From contig NC_042999.1 in NCBI RefSeq assembly GCF_006345805.1, positions 152,706,001 to 152,770,000 on the forward strand: 64,000 bases of DNA, written 5' to 3'. The translations under genes were made by a program, and so were the position numbers. A model generated the notes under the pieces. That model saw only the letters and a list, made by a program, of their open reading frames with translations, searched no databases and was not told the origin of the DNA. Source of the DNA: Octopus sinensis (Eukaryota). Below, piece after piece: positions 13,087-26,324 of the stretch; position 1 is the first letter of the stretch; each line of letters starts with the position of its first letter.

Positions 13087-13471
13087 ATCATCATCATCAT
13101 CATCATCATCATCACCGCCATCATCCTCATTATCATCATCATCATTATCATCATCATCATCATCATCATCACCACCACCACCACCACCACCATCATCGTT
13201 AGCACCACCACCACCATCACTAGTGTCATCACCATCATCATCATCAATGTCATCCTCAGCAGTGTCATCATCGTCATCATTGTTATCATCATCACCATCA
13301 TCATCATAATCATTCTTCTCCTCCTCCTTCTCCCTCTCTTTCTCTTTCTCCTCATAATCATTATCATGGTCCTCATGATCATTATTGTCGTTGGCGTCGT
13401 GTTCATAATCATCATCATCATCGTAATCATCATCATCATCGTCATCGTCATCATCATCATCATCATCGTCG

Positions 13472-13521
<50 letters not shown>

Positions 13522-13563
13522 GTCGTCGTCATCATCATCATCATCATCGTCGTCGTCATCATT

Positions 13564-13599
<36 letters not shown>

Positions 13600-13701
13600 G
13601 TCATCATCAAGAACGTTGCCACCAGTGCTGCAAAGCAAGCATCATTGCTGCTACCAAATTCATCCCAATATTGGGTTCCTGCTTTGCTGCTGCTGCTGCT
13701 G

Positions 13702-13766
<65 letters not shown>

Positions 13767-13782
13767 GCTGCTACTACTACTC
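13087..13782. repeat. (CAT)n/(CAC)n/(CTA)n trinucleotide array
   Basis: Directly visible. Confidence 0.95.
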
Positions 13783-14014
13783 GGCATGGTGGTGATATTG
13801 CGTTTCTAGATAGTTATCTATCACGTGTAACCCCAGGCTGTATATTTAAGACGGAGACATCCTTCGAAGAGAAATGAAAAATTTCCCTCGAGATTTTAAC
13901 ACAATTAAAATGAGAGATGTGGGTTGATGGAGAGATAGAGAGTGGAAGAGAGAGAGAGAGAGAGGGGGAGGGGGAGAGAAATAGATTGATAGATTTGAAG
14001 CGAGGGAGAAAGAC

Positions 14015-14054
<40 letters not shown>

Positions 14055-14252
14055 GGAGGGAGAGAGAGCAACTGAGAGAGAGTGGAAAGCAGGGAGAATG
14101 GGAGAGGGAGAGAGAGAAGGAAATAGAGAGGGAGAAAGGGGGTGGGAGATGACAGAGAAGACAGGGAGGTAGAAAAAAGAAACAAAAAAGCGAGAGAGAG
14201 AGAGAGAGAGAGCGAGACAAAGATATGTATGCGATTAATCATACATACATAC

Positions 14253-14283
<31 letters not shown>

Positions 14284-14299
14284 CATACATACATACGTG

Positions 14300-14331
<32 letters not shown>

Positions 14332-14543
14332 GAATATATATGTATATGGTTGTATGTATGTATATATGTATAAATGAAAACAGTACACACATACAGATCC
14401 ATGTCTGTGTATATATATGAAATATCTATATGTTCGTATATACATATTTATCGTATATTAGAAGTATATGTGGTGTTTGTGTGTGTGTATGTATGCATGT
14501 CCTGTACGTATGTATGTCAAATGACTGAAACAAATAAAAAGAA

Positions 14544-14577
<34 letters not shown>

Positions 14578-14612
14578 TTACGCACACACACTCACATACG
14601 CACGCACACACG

Positions 14613-14643
<31 letters not shown>

Positions 14644-14645
14644 AT

Positions 14646-14770
14646 GAAGGTAGCGACATCAAACTCCTTTATTCACCAAATTCCATACATCAGAGGAGGC
14701 TCCCAATAATAGTGTAACAAAACGGCGGTGCCCCAGAATGGCCACAGCTTTCAGCTGAAACTAATGAAAC
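14646..14770 (+). mobile_element. 3' tip of the CR1/L2-group LINE seen at 36636-37290
   Basis: acatcaaactcc..aaaacggcggtgccccagaatggccacagctttcagctgaaac aligns with 37168-37288. Confidence 0.75.
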
Positions 14771-14882
14771 ACACACACATGCAACACACGCACACACATC
14801 TAAACCATCAGCGATCTCCATATTCACAGATATGATGTCAGGGTTTTTTCTGTCTACCTGTCTGTCTGTCTGTCTGTATACG

Positions 14883-14949
<67 letters not shown>

Positions 14950-14960
14950 CCTATCAATCA

Positions 14961-14993
<33 letters not shown>

Positions 14994-15040
14994 CCTACCT
15001 ATCAATCTATCTATCTATCTATATATCTCTATATATGTAA

Positions 15041-15077
<37 letters not shown>

Positions 15078-15951
15078 TGTATATATGTATGTATTTATGT
15101 ATGTGTGTATGTATATATATTATATATAACAGTTGTGGTGGAAGTGATATATGCTGTCCTTGTTACAGATGATGATGATGATGATGATGATGAGGATGAT
15201 GATGATAATCATCATCATCATCATAATCGAGGTCACAATCCTCATTATCCTCACCATTACATCATCACCCATACCGCCATCGCCTATCATCATCATCATC
15301 ATTATCATTTGCAGCAGAAGCACCCGCAGCACCTGCAGCAGTAAGAGCAGCAGTAGCATTATCTTCCTTATTTACCTTCATTATAATTATGTTGAACGAA
15401 AGAGATAAGGAGAGAAAGAGAGTGAAGAGATAAAGAAGCAGTTATGAAACCGAATGGAAAAAGAAATAGAGCGAAAGAGACAGGAAGGGAGACAGACAAC
15501 GAGAGAAAGAGAGAAGAAGTGAGAGAGAGAGAGAGAGAGAGAGAATGGAAAAGAGAGAGAAAAGTGAAGGAAAGGGGGAGAGAAATATCAATGGAGTGAA
15601 ATTCGTTTGCTTTACAAACCTCACAAACACAACGAAAGAAAACAAGAATAATAACACAAATAAACAAACAAATAGATGAATAATATATAATAAAAACGAC
15701 AAAAAAAAAAAGAAAAAAAAACGAAGAAAGAAGAGAACCAAGAAGCAAACAAGCGATTTCTAGAATAACGATTGAAAATTCAATAAAGCAAACCGGCACC
15801 AAATTTGTACTCATTCGTTCCCAAAAAAAAATCGCCTTCTACTAACGTCCAAAATATGCCATCAACTGTTTAATTTAACCAACGAAATTTGCACAGATAA
15901 AAATATAAAAAATATAAAGCAAAATAAGAACAAAAACAATACGAGAATAAA

Positions 15952-15988
<37 letters not shown>

Positions 15989-16486
15989 GTAAGCCTTGTA
16001 TATTTTTGTACTTTTTGTGTATTGCCGTTTGTTTGGTTTTTGTAGTTAAGATGCAGGAATTTTATTGTTGCCATTTTTGGCAGAGAGAACGAGAGAGAGA
16101 GAGAGAGAGACAGAGTGAAAGAGAGAGGAGGAGAAAGAGAAAAGAGAAAGAAAGAGTGGGAAGTGGAGGGGAAAGAAGGAAGGAAGGAAAGAAAGAAAGA
16201 GAGAGAAAGAGAGAGAGTGTGTGTGTGTAAGAGAGAAATATTGAATGTGAAACCTTAAGATAGTCGAATTAAGCCTGGGGCTTTAATCGAAGGGACGACC
16301 CATAGCTTCGTTCAAATAGTCGTCTTGTCATGAGAAATTGAATCCATCTTCAACAGCTATTTCCTCTCTGCAATTTTGTCTTCGCTTTTTTCCTTTTTAT
16401 TTTTATACTTATTTATTTATTTAATTCATCTTTATTGCATGAAAATTACGTTCACATCTCCCCCTCTCCCTCTTTCTTTCTTTATA

Positions 16487-16830
16487 CTGTTTCTCCCCTA
16501 TCAATATTTCTTTCCCTTTTTTTGCTCTCTCTGGCATGATGTCTCCATCGCAATCCTCCCTCTCTCTCTCTTTGTTTTCCCCCATCAATCTTTCTCTGTC
16601 TTTCTTTTGCTCTCTCTAGCATGAAGTTTCCATTGCACTCCTCTCTCTCTCTCCTTCATTACACTGTTTCTCCCCTACCAATCTTTCTCTCTCTTTCTTT
16701 TGCTCTCTCTGGCATGATGTCTCCATCGCAATCCTCTCTCTCTCTCTTTGTTTTTCCCCTATCAATCTTTCTCTGTCTTTCTTTTGCTCTCTCTAGCATG
16801 ATGTCTCCATTGCACTCCTCTCTCTCTATC
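16487..16830. repeat. About 88-bp minisatellite, 4 units in A-B-A-B order
   Basis: Units with ctggcatgatgtctccatcgcaatcc alternate with units with ctagcatga..ccattgcactcc. Confidence 0.85.
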
Positions 16831-16984
16831 TCTCTCTCTCTCTCTTCACACATACATAAAGACTCACTTTATTGGAAAACCTTACTCTCTACACCACATT
16901 CACTGTCTTTCTATTTTCTTTCCCATTTTCCCTCTCTCTTCCTCTGTTATAAAGGTTTACTTTACATATCTAATTCTCTTTCCA

Positions 16985-17380
16985 TCTTTTACTCTTTTAC
17001 TCGTTTCAGTCATTTGACTGCGGCCATGCCTGAGCACCGCCTTTAATCGAAGAAATTGACCGACTTGTAAGCCTAGTATTTATTCTATCGACCTCTTTTG
17101 TCGAACCGCTAAGTTTTGGAGATATAAGCACACCAATATCGGTTGTCAAGCGATGGTGGTGACGGGACAAACACAGACACAAAGACACACACACACACAC
17201 ACACACACAAATAAATACATACACGACGGGCTTCTTTTAGTTTCCATCTACCAAATCCACTCATAAGGCTTTGGTCGGCCCTATGCAATAGTAGAAGACA
17301 CTTGCCGAAGGTGCCACACAGCGAAACTGAACTCGGTTCCATGTAGTTGGGAAGCAAGCTTCTTATCACACAACCACGTC
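16985..17380 (-). mobile_element. SINE S1, full length
   Basis: Matches the S1 pattern on the minus strand. Confidence 0.9.
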
Positions 17381-17808
17381 TTTCCATCTTTTTATCCCCC
17401 CTTATTTTAAACCTCCTTTCTTTTATGCAACATCTCTAGTTATCGCTCTATCAAGCTCTCTTTCTCTACATTTCTCTCTCTCTCTCCCTCTCTTTCTCTC
17501 AATGTATCTTTCTTTCAACGCACTCACAAGCATCTTACTATAAATCTCTTCTCTCCCTCGCTCTATTTCGATGACCGTCTCTCCCATTCTCTCCTCTCTC
17601 TACATCTTGTTCTCATTCTCTTTCAATTTTTCTCTTTGTTCATCCATTGATCTCTTTCCCCTTTTTCTCTCACCACTTTTATCCATGCTTTATGCCTTCC
17701 TTGAAATGGTGGCATTTTCATCTCTATTGAATAATTTTTATTGTGGTTCATTTCTTGTTTCAGTCAATTTTATCCTTACCATTATGATTATTGGCAGATT
17801 GGTTAAGG

Positions 17809-17855
17809 CAGCGGTTTTCAACCGGGGCCCACATGGTCCTTGGGGTCACATGAGT
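17809..17855 (+). mobile_element. Possible hAT-type terminal inverted repeat fragment
   Basis: cagcggttttcaaccgggg resembles CAGNGGTNYYCAAC hAT ends; no partner end found. Confidence 0.3.
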
Positions 17856-17919
17856 TTCTACTCTTAAAATGTATGTATGTATGTATGTATGTGTGTATGT
17901 ATGTATGTATGTATGTATG

Positions 17920-20636
17920 TAACTTAGTGTTCTTAACATTGGAAGCTGCCTCCATCTCTTCTGCTTTCTTCCGCCACCAAGTAACCTGCATACTTCGAAT
18001 CATTCTTTTGCACATCTGCTTTTATCTCTTTGAAAAAATTCTATTTTGGTGAGAATCATTTGCCAGTAATGAATGCAATGCCTTTCGTTTTTCTGCCAAC
18101 AAATGTTGAATATTTCCATCACTTTCATCAAACAAATCTTGATGTTTCTTTTTCTTTACTCCTAAAAGTTCTTTGCTTAAATTGTATAGTTGTCCTCTGA
18201 AGACCACCCAATCATCTGTCCAATCCAAATTTTCGATTTTCTGCTGAAATTCTACTCTAACTGAAGATTCCCATTCAAACATTTAGGGATTTCAGTGCCA
18301 CTTTGTCTACTTTTTGGCTTCACTACAAACTTGATCTTTCTAAGAACCAAGCGATGATTTGTCCAACATTCCGCTCCCCGCATGACTCACACTATACAGA
18401 AATCTATCTTATTCCGCTTTCTAGTTATCATATAGTCTCTCAGGTGCCATTGTTATGAACTTATCTTTTGAAATTATTGTAGTTTTGAACTTATCTATTT
18501 GCTGAAAAGCAGTGCTCATAATAAATAGATTCAGCTCAGAACTTACATCTGTAACAAAAGTAAGTCATTGCTGTTACAATTTCCCACTCCATGTCTTCCA
18601 ATCACATCCTATGTCTCATGATCTTTACCAACTCTAGCATTAAATACGAAGTTATTATATAATCTCTTTCGTGAGGTGTATGGACCATCACGCCCTAGTT
18701 TGGCTCACGTGAAGAATAGGAATGGTGGTTTATTGAGGGATCCATCTTAAAACAATGGGAAGACCATTTCAATGAACTTCTGGATCGACCATCAGTTGTT
18801 GATGAAAAAAGTATTGATTTCACAGAATGCACCTATTGAGTGCTTAGATGACACCCTGTCAGTGGAGAAAACAATAAAAGCAGTATCAAAGCTGAACAGT
18901 GGCAAAGCACCAGGAGTTGATGGTCTTAGTGTAGAACTATTTAAGTTTGAAGGGTATTACTTGCTGGAAATGCTGACGGTAGTAATACAGAAGATATGGA
19001 AAAATGCAGTTATGCCAAAAGGCAGGAAGGATGCAGTCATAGAAGTTGTGTTCAAGGGTAAGGGACAAAAGGATAAATGAAATAACTTCCGTGGTATTTG
19101 CCTGCTTGCTACAACCGGCAAAGTTTTATCACGAATAATGTTGGACCAGCTGCAGAGCTATGTGGCTGATGTGATTTTTCCTGAATTACAGGGTGGATCC
19201 AGAAATTGTCGGGATATTGTTGACATGATCTTCTCTGCACGCCAGTTACAGGAATAGTGTGTGGAACAGCAATAGGACTTTGTCAGGTATCCATTGATCT
19301 TACTAATGCTTCTGACTCTGTCAATCTAACTGCCTTGCAGGAGATCTTGAGGAGATTGGATGCCCGGTAAAGTTTCTCGTTATTCTGAAGCAATTTCATG
19401 ATGGCTTGGAGGTAAGGATCAACATTGGTGGAAAGCTCTCAGAGCCTATCTCTGTCATGAATGGGGTAAAACAAGGTGACATACTAGCGCCCACTCTCTT
19501 CACCCTCTATTTTAATATTGTTTCCCAATTGGCTTTCAAACAGCACAGCAGAAAAAAATCGCACAACAGGACAAAATCGGACAGCAGGAAAAATCTTTAA
19601 CATCAGAAGACTGTCAACTAAGTCATGGACGTCCTCAACTCTTATTAGAAGCCTCCTCTATGCAGATAGAGTTATGGCTTAACCATAACTCTAACCAAAA
19701 CAGGAATGCCATACATAGAACCTGGTATCTTCGTGTATGGAAGACAACTTGCTGTAGTTTCTAAGTTTGTTTACTTAGTGAGCACACTAAGCACATCAGC
19801 AAATCTTCATGATGAATTGTCACTACTCATTAAGAAAGCCAGTTTTGCTTTTGGCAAACTGGAAGATCGTCTGTGGTTCGGACATGGTATTTCCATTGCG
19901 ATAAAGATTAAGGTATACAATACATGTATCTTAACCTCTTTATTGTATGCTTGTGAAACCTGGACTGCGTACCGTAAGCACTTAAAACGTATGGAAAGTT
20001 TTCATTAACAAAGTCTCAGAGGGATTTTTGAGGATCAGCTGGAAAATGTTTGTGAGTGACGATGAGGTGCTTGAAAGAGGGAAAAGCTTCAGTATTGAAG
20101 CTTTGCTATTGCAGTATAGTTTGAGATGGAGTGGACACTTGGTCAGAATGACAGACAACAGAATGATTAAACAACTTTTTTTTGCAGAGAATTAGGGTTA
20201 GAGTAAGCGTCCGTCCCACAAACCAAAGATGAGGTAGAAAGATTGTCTGAAATTGGAATTGAATAAGATAAACATTCCAGTTGACAACTTGGAAAATTTA
20301 GCGCATTGCCGAGAAAAATGGAAAAATGAACAAGGGCTGTGTATGAAGGCAAAAATGAATTTGAAAGGAAGAGAATGGGGGATGCTAAGACCAAAGGAAA
20401 GATGAGAAAAAGTGACAGGAATGAAGTTCTAACAAGCATTAATGAACGAGATGATCTTACATCTAATGAATGTGGAAAGATTTGCCTTAGTAAGGCTGAG
20501 CTAAAGAGCCATCTGAAATCACACATTGCACAACCGCACGTTGATTATAGATGGAGAGATGATTTCGAATCCATACTCTCTCATAAAGTATGCAGATCAA
20601 AAAGTAGCTTGAAAAGGTATAGTAAAGTTCCTTGAG
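17920..20636 (+). mobile_element. Decayed RTE-clade LINE with inverted 5' segment (17920-18645 on minus), flanked by (TATG)n on both sides
   Basis: Minus strand: FNARVGKD, VMRGAECWTNHRLV, KKHQDLFDE. Plus strand: GKAPGVDG, NFRGICLL, GVKQGDILAPTLF, LLYACETW, LRWSGHLVRM, then C-terminal ECGKICLSKAELKSHLKSH. Many stops and frameshifts. Confidence 0.92.
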
Positions 20637-20695
20637 ATGTATGTATGTATGTATGTATGTATGTATGTATGTATGTATGTATGTATGTATGTATG

Positions 20696-20726
<31 letters not shown>

Positions 20727-20819
20727 GTATGCATGTATATATGTATGCATGTATATATGTGTGTGCAATAGACCAATTGTACATCTACAAAGCACAAAAT
20801 ATTTTAACCTTTTTAGTAT

Positions 20820-21006
20820 AGGCATGGCTGTGTGGTAAGAAGCTTGCTTCCCAACCACATGGTTCCAAGTTCAGTTCCACTGCATGATACCATAGACAAG
20901 TGTTTTCTGCTATAACCTCGGGCTGAACAAAGCCTTGTGAGTGGATTTCGTTGACGGAAACTGAAAGAAGCACGTCGTATATATGTACGTATATCTGTGT
21001 GTGTGT

Positions 21007-21058
<52 letters not shown>

Positions 21059-21270
21059 TTTGTGCATGTGTTTGTCTTCCACCATCACTTGACAACCAGA
21101 ATTGGTGTGTTTACGTCCCAGTAACTTAACGGTTCGGCAAAAGAGACCGATAGAATAAGAACTAGCCTTTAAAAAGACGTACTGGAGTCGATCGATTTCT
21201 TCGACTAAAACTCTTCAAGGCTGTGCCCCCAGCATGGCCGCAGTGAAATGGCCGAAACAAATGAAAGATA
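20820..21270 (+). mobile_element. SINE S1, full length
   Basis: Head, internal (TG)n and tail all present. Confidence 0.9.
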
Positions 21271-21309
21271 AATCATGCGATTCCTAATAATATTCAATTA
21301 TAAAATTAT

Positions 21310-21537
21310 AACTCTTTACTCTTTTCTCTTTTTATTCTTTTACTTGTTTCAGTCATTTGACTGCGGCCATGCCGGAGCACCGACTTTAGTCGAGCAAATC
21401 GACCCCGGGACTTATTCTTTGTAAGCCCAGTACTTATTCTATCGGTCACTTTTGCCGAACCGCTAAGTGACGGGGACGTAAACACACCAGCATCGGTTGT
21501 CAAGCAATGCTAGGGGGACAAACACAGACACACAAAT

Positions 21538-21587
<50 letters not shown>

Positions 21588-21742
21588 GACAGGCTTCTTT
21601 CAGTTTCCGTCTACCAAATCCACTCACAAGGCATTGGTCGGCCCGGGGCTATAGCTGAAGACACTTGCCCAAGATGCCACGCAGTGGGACTGAACCCGGA
21701 ACCATGTGGTTGGTTAGCAAGCTACTTACCACACAGCCACTC
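21310..21742 (-). mobile_element. SINE S1, full length (subfamily shared with 43733-44130)
   Basis: Shares variants gtaagcccag, caagcaatgctaggg and tagctgaagac with the 43.7 kb copy. Confidence 0.92.
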
Positions 21743-21879
21743 CATAAGGACTTTTCTTAAGCATAGAATGTTTATTAGGGTCCAGCAGAGTAAAACAGTA
21801 ATCAGAGGTGTTCAAAAGGGGAGAAAGGGTTGAGGAACACAGAGAGCATTGCACCAGAACTAATATGGGCATCTACCTT

Positions 21880-22372
21880 CCTTTCTTTTTTCTTTCTTCC
21901 TTCCTTCTTTTCATCCTTCCTTCCTTTATTCCTTCTTTCGTTCGTTTGTTCTTTTTTCCTGTTTTCCTTCCATTCTTTCTGTCTTTCTTTCTTTTTCTTT
22001 CTTTCTTTCTTTCTTTCTCTCTTTCTTTCTTTTGTTCTTCCTTCTTTCTTTCTTCTTTTCATCCTCCCTTCCTTCCTTTATTCCTTCTTTCGTTCATTCG
22101 TTCTTTTCTTCTTTTCTTCCTTTCGTCCTTCCTTTTTTCTTTCCTTCTTTCTCTTTCTTTCTTTCCTTCTTTCATTCCTTCCTCATTTTCATCCTTCCTT
22201 CCTTCCTTCCTTCCTTCCTTCCTTCCTTCCTACCTTCCTTCCTTCCTCTCTTTCTTTCTTTCTTTCTTTCTTTTTTTCTTCCTTTCTCCCCCTTTCCTCT
22301 CTCTTTCCATTTGCAACACTTCGCCTTTGCAACACTTCGCCTTTGCAACACTTCGCATTAGCAACACTTCGC
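21880..22372. repeat. (TTTC/TTCC)n polypyrimidine tract followed by four 16-bp units ttgcaacacttcgcct
   Basis: Directly visible. Confidence 0.9.
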
Positions 22373-22562
22373 AAAGGGGTATTTTACCCGAAATATCAGT
22401 ACCATTAAACGCCTTTAAAGTAACATTTCAATATATTTGTTCTAGTTTTTATTTATGTTTAATCTTCCAATTGCATTACTGTAGCCTTCTAATAACGCAT
22501 TTCTATCCACATAATCATCCACTATATATGTATATATATATATATATATATCTATATATATA

Positions 22563-22616
<54 letters not shown>

Positions 22617-23393
22617 TAATACTTATAATATCAACTACATACGCAAATATAAGCTGTCCAAATTATGTTTTACTGCCTTGTTGCTCCTACAAATTTATGT
22701 AAGAATTTCTTTCGAATTATACATGGTTCTGTTTTAAAAAATTGTTTTCCTGCACCCTGCCCACCCTGTTTCCCATTTATTGGATATGTAAATTGAAAAA
22801 CAACAAAAAACACACACAAAATAACCAGAAACAATTGTGCGAAAAAAAAATCTCTCAGCTGATATAACACCAGCAACAACCGACAATATTACTGGAGAAT
22901 TTTAATCTTAGTTTTAAGCAAATGTGTCGAGATATCTGGCATACTTGATTTACGATATATGCATCTATGTATGTGTATATATATATATATATGTATATAT
23001 ACAAACATAATACTAACATATATACATCTATATATATATTATAATATATCTATACGTACACACACACATATATATATGTGGGTGTATGTGTGTGTGCGTG
23101 TATGTGTGTATGTTAGATATATACATGTTAGTATGTATGACTGTGTTTGCATAAAAAAAACTAAATAGATGTCTACATGCATATAGAAACATATATATAT
23201 ATATATAAACATATATACAGACAGATACAGATACAGACACACACACACACTCACATGCACACACTCTCTCTTTCTCTCTTTCCCTCTCTCGCTCTCTCGC
23301 TGTCTATCTCTTTCTGACTCATAGATTTTAGAACAGAAAAATATATATTAGAATTGTAAATGTTTGCACGTATGTGTATGTTTGCATATATAT

Positions 23394-23429
<36 letters not shown>

Positions 23430-23454
23430 CAGAGAGAGAGAGAGAGAGAGAGAA

Positions 23455-23835
23455 AGACCAACAAAATGGGGCAAGAATGCAAAACATTCAGAGAGGTGAT
23501 GCAAAAAGGGACAATAAAACATCCATATAGACGATACAAAGAAAACAGGGATGGGTCATTCTGAGTTTTCTTTCCTCAGTTGAGTTCCAGATTATCATTG
23601 CAATTTCGGCTGGTTATATTCGAAATTGCTCCAATATGGCCATTTCCAAAGAAAAACTAATCTAAGAGCATTAGATTCCTTGGAAGAAAGCAGCGAATGT
23701 ATCCGAAAACAAGGACGGAAAAAACGGAGAATGTTACACAAATACAAATAACAGGACATAACAACAGGTAGCTTTCGACTAAGGACGAATTAAATTAAGG
23801 TAGCGTGGGTGGAAATAAAGCCTTACGGCAGGGAT
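23455..23835 (-). mobile_element. Microsatellite-flanked dispersed element (family also at 4035-4195, 39005-39240, 42290-42425)
   Basis: Shared core tcNtcagtYRag..ccag..gcaRtttcg in all four copies; the strand is inferred. Confidence 0.7.
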
Positions 23836-23902
23836 ACACATACACACATTTATAGGCACATATACATATATGTATCTAACGCATACATGCACCTATGCAA
23901 AC

Positions 23903-24241
23903 GTGTGTGGAGTGGCTGTGTGGTAAGTAGCTTGCTTACCAGCCACATGGTTCTGGGTTCAGTCCCACTGCGTGACACCTTGGACAAGTGTCTTCTACTA
24001 TAGCCTCAGGCCGACCAAAGCCTTGTGAGTGAATTTGGTAGACGGAACCTGGAAGAAGCCTATCGTATATATGTATATATTTATATGTGTGTGTGTCATT
24101 GTTTTTGTGTTTGTCCCCCGCCTACCACCGCTTGGCAACCGATGCTGGTGTGTTTACATCCTCGTAATTTAGCGGTTCGACCAAAGAGACCAATAGAATA
24201 AGTACTAGGCTTACAAAGAATATGTCATGGGGTCGATTTGT
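23903..24241 (+). mobile_element. SINE S1, 3'-truncated
   Basis: ggagtggctgtgtggtaagtagc head through ggggtcgatttg. Confidence 0.9.
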
Positions 24242-24574
24242 CAAGGGTCAACCGATTAAAACATTTCTTGTTTACCTGCTGAAGATTATCCATGACGTCC
24301 AGTGATAATCATCTTCATTTATGAATATCCCCGCTGAATGCTACACGCCCTTCCTCAATATGCATTTCCGGTTACAGATTGGGACATAGAAATACTTCGA
24401 TGATCAGGGCAGCTTTTAGTCTGCGCGCTTCTGTCTGCGGATAACATTTATTCCGGAAGTGTTCAGCCCTCACCATTTTCAACAGCAACACTATCAAACT
24501 GGCAATGACCTTCATTCGCGAAGGCTTGGTGTAGTACCTCATGAGAATGGACATTTTTTGATATTCGAAAAGTG

Positions 24575-24760
24575 ACGAGCTGAAAGAATCGTTAGTGCGG
24601 CGGACAAAATGCTCAGCGGCATTTCTTAAGATTTTACGTTCCGTGTTCAAAGGTCAACCTCACCTTATATAGTTTTGGGTTCGATAAAACTTGTACCGGT
24701 CAAGCAATGGGGTCGTTCTCGCCGCAAAATTTTTAATCTTGTGCTTCCTGTAGAAAATAA
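24575..24760 (+). mobile_element. SINE S5, diverged
   Basis: gagctgaaagaatcgttagtgcg..ttacgttcc..gggttcgataaaa..ggggtcg. Confidence 0.6.
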
Positions 24761-24934
24761 TTATTTGACCTTTGAACCACTTTTTTGGCCGCTCAACCAG
24801 GTTTTATCATGGTGTCGCTATAGCAGTCATTAGTTGAGGATCTTACTGCAAAGACGTAAGTCGGACATGTGCAAAACACGTCTCAAGCAGTCTCAGTTGA
24901 TACTTGTATTGCGTGCATTCGCTGGTACTGTTGT

Positions 24935-25316
24935 ATGCATACATACCTACATACATACATACCTACATACCAACATACATATATAGATACCTACATGCAT
25001 ACGTACATACATACCAACATACATGACTGCATACCTACATACATGCATGCCTACATACATGCATACATATATACATGCATACATACATACATGCATATAT
25101 AATAAATACATACATGCATACATACATACATGCTTACATACACACATACATACCTACATACCTACATACATACATACATACATACCTAAATACCTACTTA
25201 CATACGTACATACATACATACCTACATACATACCTATATACATACATGTATAGATACATACATACATACATACATACATACATACATACATACATACATA
25301 CATACATACATACATA
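24935..25316. repeat. (ACAT)n microsatellite
   Basis: Directly visible. Confidence 0.95.
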
Positions 25317-25744
25317 ACTCTTGGTTTGCATGTATGAGTGGCTGCTTGTTATTATTGCTTAAAAAAAAACGTTCTGTTTTCCATTTATAAATAAATCGCA
25401 AATATATTTTCGATATCTTTCTTGAACTCAGTGAAAAGGTTATAATTTTCTGAACGAACGTAAAAACGTTTATATTTTATTTATTCGAATCACAGGAAAC
25501 ACCTGTTGAATTCCATACAATAAACTCTAATCAGCAGGACTGTTGGCAAAGAAGTTTTTGCTAAAATCACACAGCGTGTTATGTTATCACGCATTTTTTG
25601 TTATTTAAAGAAAAAAAAACTGATTGTCGTCAAAATAAACGAACGCGAGATAACAAAAAAATAATACAAACATTAATGATGCCATCTTTGGAAGATTCAA
25701 ATGATTTGCTCTAGCCTTTTTTTTATGTCTATTTGTCGGGTCGA

Positions 25745-26250
25745 GGAAAGAATCATTGTGCGGCCGAGCGATCTGTTAACATATAATAACTAAACCTCCT
25801 TCCTGAATTACACCCTGCTGGTTTTTGAAACTGTATGTGGGATTGTATTGGATAATGGCTTTCTATTTACGCTGTTTGAAAATAAAGAGGAGATGGTCAT
25901 AACTGGAATGCTTTTGATCATTGGGTTGCTCAATCAGGTTAGCAATAACTTTATAAATATGTTAAACAGCTTCGTTTGATAATACCACGAATTGGTCCTT
26001 GAGAACTTTACTAGTGTCCTCTTAGTTGCCGAATGAATGCACGGGTCTCTGCATGGTCACTTGACCTGCTGAAAATAGGAACCAAATCTCAAATCATTCC
26101 CATGCCATAAGGTATGGGGAATTTATTTATTGCATGATTACGGTTTTCTATATAAAATATCTGAAAATTGAGTTGGTGGTCATAACTGGAACGCTTTTGA
26201 TCATATGACTGCTCAATCAGAAATGACGTAGGGTTAGCAATAACAACCTG
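25745..26250 (+). mobile_element. Two adjacent copies of an old dispersed-repeat 3' end
   Basis: ggtcataactggaaYgcttttgatcat..gctcaatcag..ggttagcaataac occurs at about 25896 and 26178; related pieces near 470-530 and 28720-28770. Confidence 0.55.
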
Positions 26251-26324
26251 TATATTACACTTTATAATCATGTTAAATACTTTAAGTTGTTTTGACAGGC
26301 ATAATCTGATGCCTGGTTTAATAA

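Noticed and set aside
12955-13638. Poly-Asp ORF resembling acidic biomineral proteins
   Set aside because: It is (GAT)n read in one frame, has no signal peptide, and the alternative frames are equally open
22310-22372. Short regular repeats suggesting CRISPR
   Set aside because: The 16-bp units are contiguous with no spacers, in a eukaryotic context
24245-24570. Unique segment with a short minus-strand ORF
   Set aside because: No recognisable motif; the ORF start lies inside a SINE
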